A DNA stretch of 64,000 bases from a virus. Below the pieces are notes generated by a model. That model was not told the origin of the DNA. It did no database searches and was given only the letters and a program-made list of their open reading frames with translations. The position numbers were made by a program, and so were the translations under genes. This document shows, in pieces, positions 44,990 to 54,788 of the stretch. Location: the IMG/VR virus record IMGVR_UViG_3300035208_005542; one strand, given 5' to 3'. Position 1 is the stretch's first letter, and every line of letters begins with the position of its first letter.

Positions 44990-45478
44990 ATGATAACGAA
45001 TTATAAAATTGCTCCAGAACAAGGAGAACAAATAAGAAAAAAGGTTCGGTCTTTTTTTGAGTCGCGGAAGCGGGAGAATAGGAATCTTTCTAATAAATTC
45101 TCATCTGAAACATTCGATAAAGAACTCGTGCTTCGTTGTTCGTGTGATGATCCGTTTCATATTATTTGGTTTGGGTTTACCAACAGAACTGAACAGTGGC
45201 CTGCCGATCTCCATATTGAATTTAGGGCGTTCCACGGCTCTTTGTGGAATAGGATAAAGGCAGCCGTTAGATTAATCTTTTCCGGATGGTTGTCCATATA
45301 TCCTGATGTGGCGACGACTGAAGATGATATCAAAAAGCTTCGTGATTTTTGCGAAATCTGCATATTGGAGTCTGGCGACTCGGAGCAGGAGACGGGATTA
45401 AAACCGACTCCTCGTAGTACTAGCTCCGTGGCCGATTCGATTCCGGCCTCCAAGCCTAGTGATTGCCATGAAAGATAA
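44990..45478 (+). CDS. Hypothetical protein; 3' end overlaps a structured element
   Basis: GGAGG RBS; CSC...H and WNRIKAA pattern. Confidence 0.6.
   Translation: MITNYKIAPEQGEQIRKKVRSFFESRKRENRNLSNKFSSETFDKELVLRCSCDDPFHIIWFGFTNRTEQWPADLHIEFRAFHGSLWNRIKAAVRLIFSGWLSIYPDVATTEDDIKKLRDFCEICILESGDSEQETGLKPTPRSTSSVADSIPASKPSDCHER
45365..45453 (+). ncRNA. Candidate tRNA-like structured RNA element
   Basis: Nested stems TTGGAG/CTCCAA, CGGAGC/GCTCCG, AGGAG/CTCCT and a T-arm-like GCCGA-TTCGATT-CCGGC. Confidence 0.35.
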
Positions 45479-45863
45479 ATTTGTTCTGAAGGATGAGACG
45501 AAAGAAAGGCTGACGTTTGAGGGCGGAGCCATGGTAGAACCCAAAGACGGAAAAGGTCGATTCGAACTGATATCACCTTTTGCCCTTATGCGTTTAGCTC
45601 GCGTTTATCAAAAGGGAGGAACTAAATACTCACCGAGGAATTGGGAGTCAGGAGAACCGTTTTCCAGATTCATTGATTCCGCCCTGCGACACATTACGCA
45701 ATTCATGATGGGTATGGAGGATGAAGACCATTTGGGGCAGGCTGCATGGAATCTGTTTTGCGTAATTCATTTTCAAGAAACGGGAAGAACTGATTTAGAT
45801 GATCTTCCTCATTATCTCAAAGCCGACAAGAGTCGGGAAAAGAACGATTCTGCGAAAGGATAA
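45468..45863 (+). CDS. dATP/dGTP diphosphohydrolase domain protein (DUF5664-like)
   Basis: KGRFELISP, G..KY..RNW..G, DSALRH, EDHL..AAWN. Confidence 0.85.
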   Translation: MKDKFVLKDETKERLTFEGGAMVEPKDGKGRFELISPFALMRLARVYQKGGTKYSPRNWESGEPFSRFIDSALRHITQFMMGMEDEDHLGQAAWNLFCVIHFQETGRTDLDDLPHYLKADKSREKNDSAKG

Positions 45864-45867
45864 CGTT

Positions 45868-48800
45868 TTGAACCCTGTCTCTCATTTGCATTTTCACACG
45901 GAATATTCGATACAAGACAGCTTGATTCGAATAGACCGACTTCCAGAATTAATCGAAAAGCGGAATGTTAAATCAATAGCGATTACTGATCATGGGAACG
46001 TTGATGGGGCGATAAAATTCTACAAAGAATTGAAAAAGACATCGGCGATTCCTTTGCTGGGGTGCGAATTCTACGTTGTTGATGATCTGAACGACCGGAC
46101 TAATAAGTTGCGCTATCACATGATCGCAATAGCCAAAAATCGCCATGGGCTTTCGTCGATAATGAAAACTCTAACTTCTGCCAATCTTGATGGATTCTTT
46201 TATCGACCAAGAACTGATTGGAAACACGTTCTGGAGGGCTTGGATGATGTTGTGGTCACGACCGCCTGCTCTTCCGGGATCTTGGCACATCCCGATTGGA
46301 GCGATTTGATCTGCAGGTTCCGGGATAAATATAAAGACGATTTTTATCTTGAGAGCATTTTGATAAAAGATTATAAAGAACAGCATGCGTTGAACCAAAT
46401 GGTTCATCTGTTGCATCAAGAATTGGGGATAAAAGTCGTATATACGAATGACGTTCATTATGTTGACGAACAGGATTGGGCTGCAAGGGAAGTTGTTCGC
46501 GCCATATCTATCAACCAAAAAATTAGGCCCGGTCTTATAAAAAGCGAAAATCAATCAGATATTTATCTGAAGACGTATGACGAAATGGTTGATAGCCTGG
46601 CTGCATTTGGTCTTTCTGGCGAAGAACGGGCGATGGTCGATGTTTGGGATGAGATAACGGAGAAGTGCAAATTCAGTTTGGAACCGAAATCCATATCTAT
46701 TCCTATAGCATATCCCGAAGCCAAGGACGACCCGAATAAATTTTTAGAAGATTTGTGTATTAGATCGTTGGCCGGAAAGGGCTTGGATAAAAATGCGATA
46801 GCAGGGGACAGGCTAGAGAACGAGCTTAAGGAGATATTTGAGCAGGGGTTTTCCGAATATTTTCTGTTGGTCAAAGAGGTTATTGATTGGGCCAGAGAGA
46901 ACGGGTGTAGAGTCGGGCCGGGGAGAGGATCGGTAGGCGGGAGTCTGGTCGCATATCTTTTGGGTATAACCCAGATAGATCCTTTGCAATATGGATTGGT
47001 TTTCGAAAGATTTGTTTCTCCCGGTCGACGAGACTTGCCGGATATTGATATTGATTTCGAGGACGTGGAACGGAAGCGGGTTCTGGGGCATCTGAAAGAA
47101 AAGTATGGTCTCCGGAAGGTTGCGAACGTCTCAACTTTTTCCACGACCAAGGGAAGAGGATCTATAAGGGATGTCGGACGTGTTTTTGACGTTCCTTTGG
47201 TCGAGATAGATAAAATGGCCAAGCAGGTTCTGACTAAACTTGATGGCGAGGTTGGGGCCGGTTCTACCGTTGAGGATACCGTGGCTTCCTTTGAGGAGGC
47301 AAAAGATTTCTACGCTAAACATCCTTATGTCATAGATTATGCAAAGGTCATTGAGGGTCTGACGAAGACTAAGGGGATGCATGCGGCGGGAATCGTGGTT
47401 GATACTGATGACCTTTATTCTGGGGACAAATGCGTCTTAACGCGCGGGAAAGACGATGAGTTGGTTGTCAATTGGGACAAGGCGGATTTAGAATTTATGG
47501 GGATGATGAAAATTGACGCCTTGGGATTGAAGACCCTGAATGTTTTCACACGAGCATCTGAGATGGTGGAGAGACGAACCGGAAAGAAGATAGATTTGAA
47601 CAGCGTGGAACTGGATGATAAAAAGGTTTTCGAAACCATAAAAGCGGTCGATACGATCGGGACGTTCCAATTCGGATCTTCAGGGATGACCCAATATCTG
47701 CGCGAATTCAAACCCAAGAATTTTACGGAGCTTTATCAGGTCAATGCGTTATTCCGTCCGGGGACTCTGCGTTCCGGCCTCGCCAGAGAATTCATTCTGT
47801 TCAAGGACGGTAAAAAAAGACCAAGTTATGCCAGTAGTGGGGTCAAAGAAATCCTGCACGAAACTCATGGAATTATGCTTTTCCAAGAACAGATCATGTT
47901 CGTTTTGAACAGGATCGGTGGGCTGTCTTGGTCTACTACGGATAAAATCAGAAAGATCATAGGAAAATCAGAGGGCAAAGAAAAATTTGAAGCGTACAGG
48001 AAAGAGTTCGCTGACGGAGCGGAGCGACTTGGGACATTGAGCAGGGGAGACGCCGATAAGCTTTTCGAATTGATGACTTATTTTGGCGCATACGGATTCA
48101 ACAAATCGCATAGCGTCGAATACACGGTCTTGGGATATTGGACGATTTGGCTAAAAACTTATTTCCCTGCAGAATTCATTTGCGCCTCTCTGCAAAGGGC
48201 TGATGATAAGGATGACATTACGGAACTTCTAAGCGATGCAGAACGGCACGGCATGAGGATAGTTTTGCCGAACATTAATTTGTCGGGGCAGACGTGGGAA
48301 TTAGAGGGGGATAATGTTCTACGTGCCGGGTTGACCATAATAAAGGGCATCTCTGAACGTGTGGCTGATGAAGTGATAAAAGCTAGAGAAGATTGTGGCG
48401 GGAAGTTCAAAGATTTCTTCGAATTCATCGGCTCAGTAAATAGAAAAGTCGTTAATGTCGGGAGGGTGAAAACTCTGCTTTTTGCCAAGGTTTTTTCTGG
48501 AATAATGGAAGAAGAATTCCGGAAAGATATGCTGAAATATATTGGATACTATAAAAGCCTTCCTGCGGATAAGTCGCAACTTTCATCGGTGTCGGAATTG
48601 AAGGATGTTGACGAAGAATTAGATATTTTTAATTTTGAACTTTCCGATGATTATTACGGGTTCTATAAAGAGATGGTCAAAGCTCTCTCTGAAAAATTAG
48701 ATATAAAAAAGATGATCACCATTACTGAAGAAGAGAATCCTTCTCATTGGTACGTCGGAAGATTCGATGAAATAAAGCGTGGGAACGGGAGCGTTTATGG

Positions 48801-49593
48801 AGTTTTTCGTGACGATTCGCATAATACGTATGTCAGCGTTTCGAGAGAGCTTTATGGCTACGAGAATAAAAAGCGGATGATCGAGGATTCTGCCGGGAGA
48901 TTGGCGTTGGTTTACGGGGAGAGGTCGAAATCGGGCGGGATGACGATTTCTAAAATGTATCTTCTTGAAGATTTTAGACGGGGAGATTTCGGAAGCATGA
49001 GGATGAAAGAACTTCTGAATCCCGATTTTTACGATGAGGAAATGATCAGAGAGCAAATACGAAATTGCGAGAAATGCTCTGCCAGGAAGGGATGTACCTT
49101 CCCTGTTCCGTTCCAAAAGGGACAGATCAATAAGGTCATGATAGTCGGCGAGGCTCCTGGAGCCGACGAAGACCGGACTGGGATTCCGTTTGTCGGTAAA
49201 GCGGGACAAATCCTTTGGGGTGTCCTTGGCGATTTGGGGATATCTAAAACAGATGTTCATACGACGAACGTTATGAAGTGCAGACCCAAAGACAATAAGA
49301 TAACAGAACCGAAAATAGCGTTGGACTGTGGGCATCAATGGCTCAAGAAAGAAATAGACCTGATTAAACCCCGATTGATATTTTCTCTTGGCAAAACCGC
49401 TTTACATTATTTTTCTGGGGATAAGACCTCCGGCATTATGGAACGAAACTCTATAGTCGAATGGAACGAAAGAGCAAAAGCATGGATCGTATATGGTATT
49501 CATCCGGCCATGATTCTGTACAGTCCGGAGAACAAAGTCCTTCTGGAAAACGCAGCAAAAGAATTTTCCAGAATGATGTCTGTTTTGCTATGA
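45868..49593 (+). CDS. dnaE: DNA polymerase III alpha (family C) fused to C-terminal family-4 uracil-DNA glycosylase
   Basis: PHP motifs HLHFHTEYS and AITDHG; GRGS, PDIDID, HAAG, YGFNKSHS; then CEKC, GEAPG.DED..G.PFVG.AG, NVMKCRP, HPA; TTG start after AAGGA. Confidence 0.93.
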   Translation: MNPVSHLHFHTEYSIQDSLIRIDRLPELIEKRNVKSIAITDHGNVDGAIKFYKELKKTSAIPLLGCEFYVVDDLNDRTNKLRYHMIAIAKNRHGLSSIMKTLTSANLDGFFYRPRTDWKHVLEGLDDVVVTTACSSGILAHPDWSDLICRFRDKYKDDFYLESILIKDYKEQHALNQMVHLLHQELGIKVVYTNDVHYVDEQDWAAREVVRAISINQKIRPGLIKSENQSDIYLKTYDEMVDSLAAFGLSGEERAMVDVWDEITEKCKFSLEPKSISIPIAYPEAKDDPNKFLEDLCIRSLAGKGLDKNAIAGDRLENELKEIFEQGFSEYFLLVKEVIDWARENGCRVGPGRGSVGGSLVAYLLGITQIDPLQYGLVFERFVSPGRRDLPDIDIDFEDVERKRVLGHLKEKYGLRKVANVSTFSTTKGRGSIRDVGRVFDVPLVEIDKMAKQVLTKLDGEVGAGSTVEDTVASFEEAKDFYAKHPYVIDYAKVIEGLTKTKGMHAAGIVVDTDDLYSGDKCVLTRGKDDELVVNWDKADLEFMGMMKIDALGLKTLNVFTRASEMVERRTGKKIDLNSVELDDKKVFETIKAVDTIGTFQFGSSGMTQYLREFKPKNFTELYQVNALFRPGTLRSGLAREFILFKDGKKRPSYASSGVKEILHETHGIMLFQEQIMFVLNRIGGLSWSTTDKIRKIIGKSEGKEKFEAYRKEFADGAERLGTLSRGDADKLFELMTYFGAYGFNKSHSVEYTVLGYWTIWLKTYFPAEFICASLQRADDKDDITELLSDAERHGMRIVLPNINLSGQTWELEGDNVLRAGLTIIKGISERVADEVIKAREDCGGKFKDFFEFIGSVNRKVVNVGRVKTLLFAKVFSGIMEEEFRKDMLKYIGYYKSLPADKSQLSSVSELKDVDEELDIFNFELSDDYYGFYKEMVKALSEKLDIKKMITITEEENPSHWYVGRFDEIKRGNGSVYGVFRDDSHNTYVSVSRELYGYENKKRMIEDSAGRLALVYGERSKSGGMTISKMYLLEDFRRGDFGSMRMKELLNPDFYDEEMIREQIRNCEKCSARKGCTFPVPFQKGQINKVMIVGEAPGADEDRTGIPFVGKAGQILWGVLGDLGISKTDVHTTNVMKCRPKDNKITEPKIALDCGHQWLKKEIDLIKPRLIFSLGKTALHYFSGDKTSGIMERNSIVEWNERAKAWIVYGIHPAMILYSPENKVLLENAAKEFSRMMSVLL

Positions 49594-49699
49594 TGTTCGC
49601 TGATTTGTTGTATAATGTATGTATGGAGGCTGAATGAAGTAAGAAAATTAAAAAGCATATCGTCGGTGGGCCTAGGTTGTTTGATTTATAGGAGGAAAT

Positions 49700-50173
49700 A
49701 TGATCGGAAAAATAGAATTGGTTATCGGGAACCAAAAACAAGAACTCGATCCGGATTCAGAACTCTCAATTTCAGAAGAAACCATTAACGACGATCTAAA
49801 AAATCAGCCTTCTCTGTTCGCATTCTATGCTGTCATGCAGGAGAATATGGAGGCGGACGTTGCGGAAAAGAAGCTTCATTTGGATGCTCTTGAGGCGATG
49901 CTTGACGAGATGTACAGAACGGAGGCCGCAAAGTCCGGGACTAAGATCACAGAAACTCTTCTCGCCAACAAGATTCACATCAATCAGGAGTATATCGATG
50001 CGGCTTCTCTGCTCAACAAGGCAAAGCACGAGGCCAATGTTCTGAGGGCGATAAAAGAAGCGTTTCAGCATAGGAAGGATATGCTGATCACGTTGGCCTC
50101 GAACATGAGAGCGCAATTCGATCCGGCTATCTGCATGAACAAAGAAAAATACCAAAAAATGGGAGAAAAATGA
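49700..50173 (+). CDS. UvsY-like recombination mediator
   Basis: 157 aa, helical; KITE...AF.HRKDMLI.L..N.R; adjacent to SSB and RecA. Confidence 0.72.
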   Translation: MIGKIELVIGNQKQELDPDSELSISEETINDDLKNQPSLFAFYAVMQENMEADVAEKKLHLDALEAMLDEMYRTEAAKSGTKITETLLANKIHINQEYIDAASLLNKAKHEANVLRAIKEAFQHRKDMLITLASNMRAQFDPAICMNKEKYQKMGEK

Positions 50174-51231
50174 TGGTAAAATTCTCATCTCCAGACAATG
50201 AGTTGGACAAAAAATTCTTAGCTGCGGAAGCTAATACTGCCGGGTTCGACTGGAAGGAAGTCTTCTTCAAACCCGTTCCTGCGAAAGTCAATGACGACGC
50301 CGATAACGTCATCAGGATCCTCCCCGCTAGGGCGGGAAGCGGGGCGACTTATCACATGATAGCGGGGAAGCATTTCATCAAACATGGTGATAATGATATC
50401 GAGCAATTGGTTTGCATGGAGGAGACATACGGAAAACCCTGCCCTGCCTGCCAAGAGCGGAAGAGGATCTTTGAAGAAGACATGAAAAAATCGGGGACAA
50501 GGAAGGTCTCTGATACGGGGAAGAAGGCGGGAAGTTTCTGGACACCTAAAAAAATCGGCGTCTTTAACGTAATTGACCGCTTGGCCTACCTCGCATATAA
50601 GGACGGGCACGGAGATTTGCCAAAGGTAAAGCTCTGGGAATCTCCCAGGAAACTTTGTTGGGAGAAAATTGTTCGGAACGTTGCAAGCAAGGGTCGGACT
50701 TCGAACCTTTTCGATGTCTACGATGACAAGGATGTTGTGATCCGCGCCGGACGTGATATTCTTGTCAAATTCTACCCGGATTCCAACAACCCCATGACCA
50801 TGTATGACATCCAGTATTTGGACGCAGTTCCTCTTGGGGACGCTGAAGAAGTGGCGAAATGGTATGAGCAGATCATAGACCTGATACCAGAAAAGATAGC
50901 TATCTATCAGCCAATCGATTATGAGGAAGCCAGGTTGAAGTGCTTCGGAACCAAGGCCGACCGCGATGCTCTGAAGGAAAAAAAGAGGAAAGCCTATGAG
51001 GGCAACGCGGAAAAGGTAGAGAAAACCATAGTCGATATGGGATCCGGGACCAAGGAAGAAACCAAGAAGGAAGAACCAACGATTGTTCCGGTCGAAGCGG
51101 CTCCTGCGCAGAAGAAGGAAGAGCCAGTGAATGCTCCGAATCGCGGTGTTGTTACACCTGCTCAGAATGATTTGAAGGCAAAGATCGACGAAATGCGTCG
51201 GCGTATGCAGGGCGGAAAAGGGGCGGCATGA
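50170..51231 (+). CDS. Single-stranded DNA-binding protein, gp32-like
   Basis: VIRILP, H...C...CPAC, NVIDR, GRD. Confidence 0.78.
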   Translation: MMVKFSSPDNELDKKFLAAEANTAGFDWKEVFFKPVPAKVNDDADNVIRILPARAGSGATYHMIAGKHFIKHGDNDIEQLVCMEETYGKPCPACQERKRIFEEDMKKSGTRKVSDTGKKAGSFWTPKKIGVFNVIDRLAYLAYKDGHGDLPKVKLWESPRKLCWEKIVRNVASKGRTSNLFDVYDDKDVVIRAGRDILVKFYPDSNNPMTMYDIQYLDAVPLGDAEEVAKWYEQIIDLIPEKIAIYQPIDYEEARLKCFGTKADRDALKEKKRKAYEGNAEKVEKTIVDMGSGTKEETKKEEPTIVPVEAAPAQKKEEPVNAPNRGVVTPAQNDLKAKIDEMRRRMQGGKGAA

Positions 51232-51239
51232 TTTTTATA

Positions 51240-51269
51240 GGGGAGGAGGCCTTCTCCTCCCCACTTTTT
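51240..51269 (+). terminator. Rho-independent terminator
   Basis: GGGGAGGAG/CTCCTCCCC 9-bp stem, then ACTTTTT. Confidence 0.8.
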
Positions 51270-51279
51270 AAGAGGGGAA

Positions 51280-52224
51280 ATGACTAAAATAGATATAAGG
51301 AAATCGGTTGGCAGTATAGACCTAACGAATAGATTCGCTGATTTGATTAAATTCAGGATACCGACGGGGATAATAGCGTTCGATAAAATCCTTAATGGGG
51401 GGATACCGGCAGGAAAGCTGACCGAGATATACGGTGATTTCTCGTCTGGCAAAAGCAGAATCGCCTGCCATATTTTAGCGGAAACTCAGAAGCTCGGTGG
51501 ACTTGCCGTTCTGTTGGATACAGAAAGATCGTTGGATAAGGGGCTGATAGATTTGACTGGGATAGATATTGGCTCTCTTGTGTACCCAGATCCCTCGACG
51601 ATGCTCGCAACGATAGAAGATGTTTTTAAGATAATAACTGACGTCATGAAGTTCAGGGAAGAGAATAAAACAGATTTGCTGACTATCGTTTGGGATTCCG
51701 TCGCCGCAACTCCGGACATGGAGGATTTGGAAAATCAATTGGGGGCCAGTACTGCCGCTATGCGTCGGGCCAAGGTAATTTCTGATGGTCTTAAACAGGT
51801 TATGGCTGAGGTCTATCGTACACAGACCTGCCTAATATTTATCAATCAGGTCAGGGATAAAATTGGCGTCATGTACGGAGAAAAGACGGAAACGGTTGGC
51901 GGAAAGGCTTTGAAGTACACGGCTTCTATGCGCGTACACGTGGCCCTGGCGGGTAAGATCAAAGACGAGGACGGGACGAAAGAACAGATCGGGAACAAGG
52001 GGCGGATGGTCGTTGATAAATGCAAAGTCGGAAAGCCGTTTGGTATGGTTAATTTCGACATGATGATTGATAAACCTTTCGAAAAATATACCGGTCTGTT
52101 GGACTATGAAGTCCGGCATGGGCTAGTTGAGGATTGCGGAAGAGGGTGGTATAAATATCCGGGAGATAAGGAAAAGTTCCGGGAATCAGATTTCCCGGAA
52201 ATTTACGAGAAAGCTAATGAGTAA
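51280..52224 (+). CDS. recA: RecA/UvsX-like recombinase
   Basis: GGIPAGKLTEIYGDFSSGKS, DTE, VWDSVAA, IFINQVR, GGKALKY. Confidence 0.92.
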   Translation: MTKIDIRKSVGSIDLTNRFADLIKFRIPTGIIAFDKILNGGIPAGKLTEIYGDFSSGKSRIACHILAETQKLGGLAVLLDTERSLDKGLIDLTGIDIGSLVYPDPSTMLATIEDVFKIITDVMKFREENKTDLLTIVWDSVAATPDMEDLENQLGASTAAMRRAKVISDGLKQVMAEVYRTQTCLIFINQVRDKIGVMYGEKTETVGGKALKYTASMRVHVALAGKIKDEDGTKEQIGNKGRMVVDKCKVGKPFGMVNFDMMIDKPFEKYTGLLDYEVRHGLVEDCGRGWYKYPGDKEKFRESDFPEIYEKANE

Positions 52225-53083
52225 CGTCCTTCTAATTGACGGGAACAATCTCGTTTGCCAGACTTTGGGCAAGCCTCCTTTGTGTTTTAACGGGAAGAGA
52301 ACGGAGGCCATTAAAATATCTATGGCGATGCTTCGTAGTTACATTGTCAATTTCGACCCAGAAAAGGTCGTTGTTTTCTGGGATGGCGGAAGGGATGAGC
52401 GCAGGATAAAGATATATCCTGACTATAAAAAAAGGAAAGAGCAAACTGAGGCGGAAAGGGCAGAGAAAAAGATATTCTTCGAGCAGATGGACGAGGTTAG
52501 AGAATTGTTTTCTGCTTTGGGAATCGAGCAGATCAGGGTTCCGGGAAGAGAAGCGGATGATGTAATTTACAGTTATCTGGAACAGAACATAGAGAGCTAT
52601 GGGGAGGCACAACCCGTTATTGTGAGTACTGATGCGGATATGTTCCAGATCCTGTCTTATTATGCCCACGGGAAAGTTCTTGTTTTCTCTCCTGTTAAGA
52701 AGATCCTGATAGACCGTGTTTGGGTGGAAGAAAAATATGGGATTGCGATAGAAGATTTTGTTATCTGGAAATCGTTGGTTGGGGATACTAGCGATAATAT
52801 ACCGGGGATCAGGGGGATTGGGCCGATTCGTGCCAAAAAATTGATAAATGAAAAGCGGGTCTATGACGAGATCAACCTTGGTGAATTGCTGGTCCAGTTG
52901 GAACTCGTTCTTCTGTATCTGTTGGATGAGAAGGAAATAATGAAAGGGGAAATCCTGTGCGCAACGAAGGAAAATATTTTAGACAGAGCTATTGAATTAT
53001 TCGAAAAATATGGGTTCGAACAGCCGTTGGGCGATGTTGCTTCTTGGGTCGGTCCATTCTTGAGGCTAAGGAAGGCTAGATGA
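52217..53083 (+). CDS. 5'-3' exonuclease (T4 RNase H / Pol I N-domain type)
   Basis: LLIDGNN, YPDYK, EADD, STDADM.Q, GDTSDNIPGI.GIG. Confidence 0.92.
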   Translation: MSNVLLIDGNNLVCQTLGKPPLCFNGKRTEAIKISMAMLRSYIVNFDPEKVVVFWDGGRDERRIKIYPDYKKRKEQTEAERAEKKIFFEQMDEVRELFSALGIEQIRVPGREADDVIYSYLEQNIESYGEAQPVIVSTDADMFQILSYYAHGKVLVFSPVKKILIDRVWVEEKYGIAIEDFVIWKSLVGDTSDNIPGIRGIGPIRAKKLINEKRVYDEINLGELLVQLELVLLYLLDEKEIMKGEILCATKENILDRAIELFEKYGFEQPLGDVASWVGPFLRLRKAR

Positions 53084-53085
53084 AA
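53041..53085 (+). repeat. 45-bp direct repeat, copy 1, flanking the HNH gene
   Basis: 40/45 identical to 53733-53777. Confidence 0.88.
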
Positions 53086-53775
53086 ACCCATAAGGTGGTT
53101 AAGATTAAGGTACCCTATCCAAAGAACTATGAGTCAATGTATGTGGAAAAAAATTCCTTGGTTTCGTCAGTATTAATGGAGATACCACTAACTCGTTTAT
53201 CATACTTTCCGGATAAGACTAGAAACGTCTTTCCATCGATGAAGAAATTGAAGGAATACTGGTGGGAGTTTTTTGTTTCTATAGGTAAATTTGATTCTCG
53301 TTACGAGTTTGAGGAGTGTGATTACTGTTGGGCGTGCGGAATGACTATAGATGGTGCGCCATGGACGGAACGGGCGCATATTCTTCCAAGGGTATTAGGT
53401 GGTGATGAGGAACCCATGAACGTAAATCTTCTTTGCCGTTCTTGCCACATAAATTCTGAAAATCTTTATGGATCTGAGTACCTTAATTGGTTAATGGAAC
53501 GAACAAGATGGGACGCAATGTGGGATAGTCACATACTAAAATTAGAAGATAGTATTCGACACCAACCTGGTTTTTGTGCAGCTTTTTCCCCCGCTCAGAC
53601 GCCCAATGGAGTTAGAGGTGTGAAAAGTCTTTCCAGGAGGATACAATCAGGATGTGGAATCAATGTACGGAAACTTATTACAGAAGCATTGAATGTTGAT
53701 TATCTAGTAGTTTGGCCCCCCAGAGATATTTATTCTTGGGTCGGTCCGTTCCCGAGACTAAGGAAGGATAGATGA
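53080..53775 (+). CDS. HNH endonuclease (free-standing, probably mobile)
   Basis: CWACG...ERAHILP...GG....N..LLC..CH.. Confidence 0.85.
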   Translation: MKTHKVVKIKVPYPKNYESMYVEKNSLVSSVLMEIPLTRLSYFPDKTRNVFPSMKKLKEYWWEFFVSIGKFDSRYEFEECDYCWACGMTIDGAPWTERAHILPRVLGGDEEPMNVNLLCRSCHINSENLYGSEYLNWLMERTRWDAMWDSHILKLEDSIRHQPGFCAAFSPAQTPNGVRGVKSLSRRIQSGCGINVRKLITEALNVDYLVVWPPRDIYSWVGPFPRLRKDR

Positions 53776-53777
53776 AA
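53733..53777 (+). repeat. 45-bp direct repeat, copy 2, flanking the HNH gene
   Basis: 40/45 identical to 53041-53085. Confidence 0.88.
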
Positions 53778-54788
53778 TACCTAATTTTCTCCGATCTTCA
53801 TTCGCACAATTATCAGGAGTTCTCGGAAATTAACGACGGGTTGAACAGTCGGTTATCCCGTTGTGTAGAAATCGTATATTCGATCGCCGGATACTGCCTA
53901 GACCACGATATCCACAATGTATTTTTTACTGGGGATATTTTTCATTTAAAAAACCTTGTGGACGGCAAAGTTATTAGAGAGACAATGAGGGCATTTCAGG
54001 TTCTGACCCAAAGTGTTGACCAGGTTTTCGTCTGTTCCGGGAACCATGATTATCAGGGATGGAATAAAGATGCTGTGCTTTTGGACTTGGCTGCAGATTT
54101 GATAAACAAAATACCATCGAATAAAATATCTTTTTCCGATGGGCTGATTGATGGATACGGGCTGAAGATATTCCCATTCACCCGTGACATCAACGAGCTC
54201 AATTCTAATCTGTCGGTGCGGAACCCGGAACCAAAAACTATTGCTCTGTTCCACCAGGACGTTATTGGTTCTAACTATGGCGGGATTTCTGTCATCAATG
54301 GTTTGGATGCGGATGTCCTCTCCGCAAAGTTTGGATTCACCGCAATAGGGCATTATCATTCGCCTAGGTTGATAAGAAAAAACGTTATTTCTGTCGGATC
54401 TCCGTTGGCGCATAATTTTGGGGATGTGGGAGAAAAGCACGGATGGTGGATCCTGGATACCGAAACTGGATTTTCGTTCATCGAGAACCAAGATTCTCCT
54501 CAGTTCTACGACGTGGATGTCTTTGATTCCAACTTTGTGTTACAGGGAAGACCCGATACTGACTATTACAGAGTGAAAATAAATGGCTCTTCTATTCCCG
54601 ATGCTATAAAAGCTCTTAAGTGGAAGCGTGTCTCGTTCGTGTCTGGGGATGAAGAAGAAAAGAAGAAAAGGGCAGATATTAAATTCTCTGATGATTCGGA
54701 AACGTTGATCCTCAAATACCTGACGGCAAAACCGCACGATGGCCTTGACCAAGACCGATTGGTTGAAATGGGGAGAAAATATTTATGA
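53772..54788 (+). CDS. Mre11/SbcD-like nuclease (gp47-like)
   Basis: SDLH, GDIFH, GNHD, GHYH, GSP. Confidence 0.9.
   Translation: MKYLIFSDLHSHNYQEFSEINDGLNSRLSRCVEIVYSIAGYCLDHDIHNVFFTGDIFHLKNLVDGKVIRETMRAFQVLTQSVDQVFVCSGNHDYQGWNKDAVLLDLAADLINKIPSNKISFSDGLIDGYGLKIFPFTRDINELNSNLSVRNPEPKTIALFHQDVIGSNYGGISVINGLDADVLSAKFGFTAIGHYHSPRLIRKNVISVGSPLAHNFGDVGEKHGWWILDTETGFSFIENQDSPQFYDVDVFDSNFVLQGRPDTDYYRVKINGSSIPDAIKALKWKRVSFVSGDEEEKKKRADIKFSDDSETLILKYLTAKPHDGLDQDRLVEMGRKYL

Noticed and set aside
45365..45456. Canonical tRNA gene
   Set aside because: No compatible D arm, no 7-nt anticodon loop on a 5-bp stem, no CCA; kept only as a tRNA-like candidate
45468..45863. Z-genome (2-aminoadenine) system
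   Set aside because: No PurZ-like gene visible; the hydrolase domain alone is insufficient evidence
45799..49593. Intein or intron in the long polymerase gene
   Set aside because: The extra length is explained by the UDG domain; no splice-junction or LAGLIDADG motifs noticed
49585..49616. Promoter upstream of the UvsY-like gene
   Set aside because: TATAAT at 49611 is present but there is no -35 at 16-18 bp and no extended -10, so it is not called
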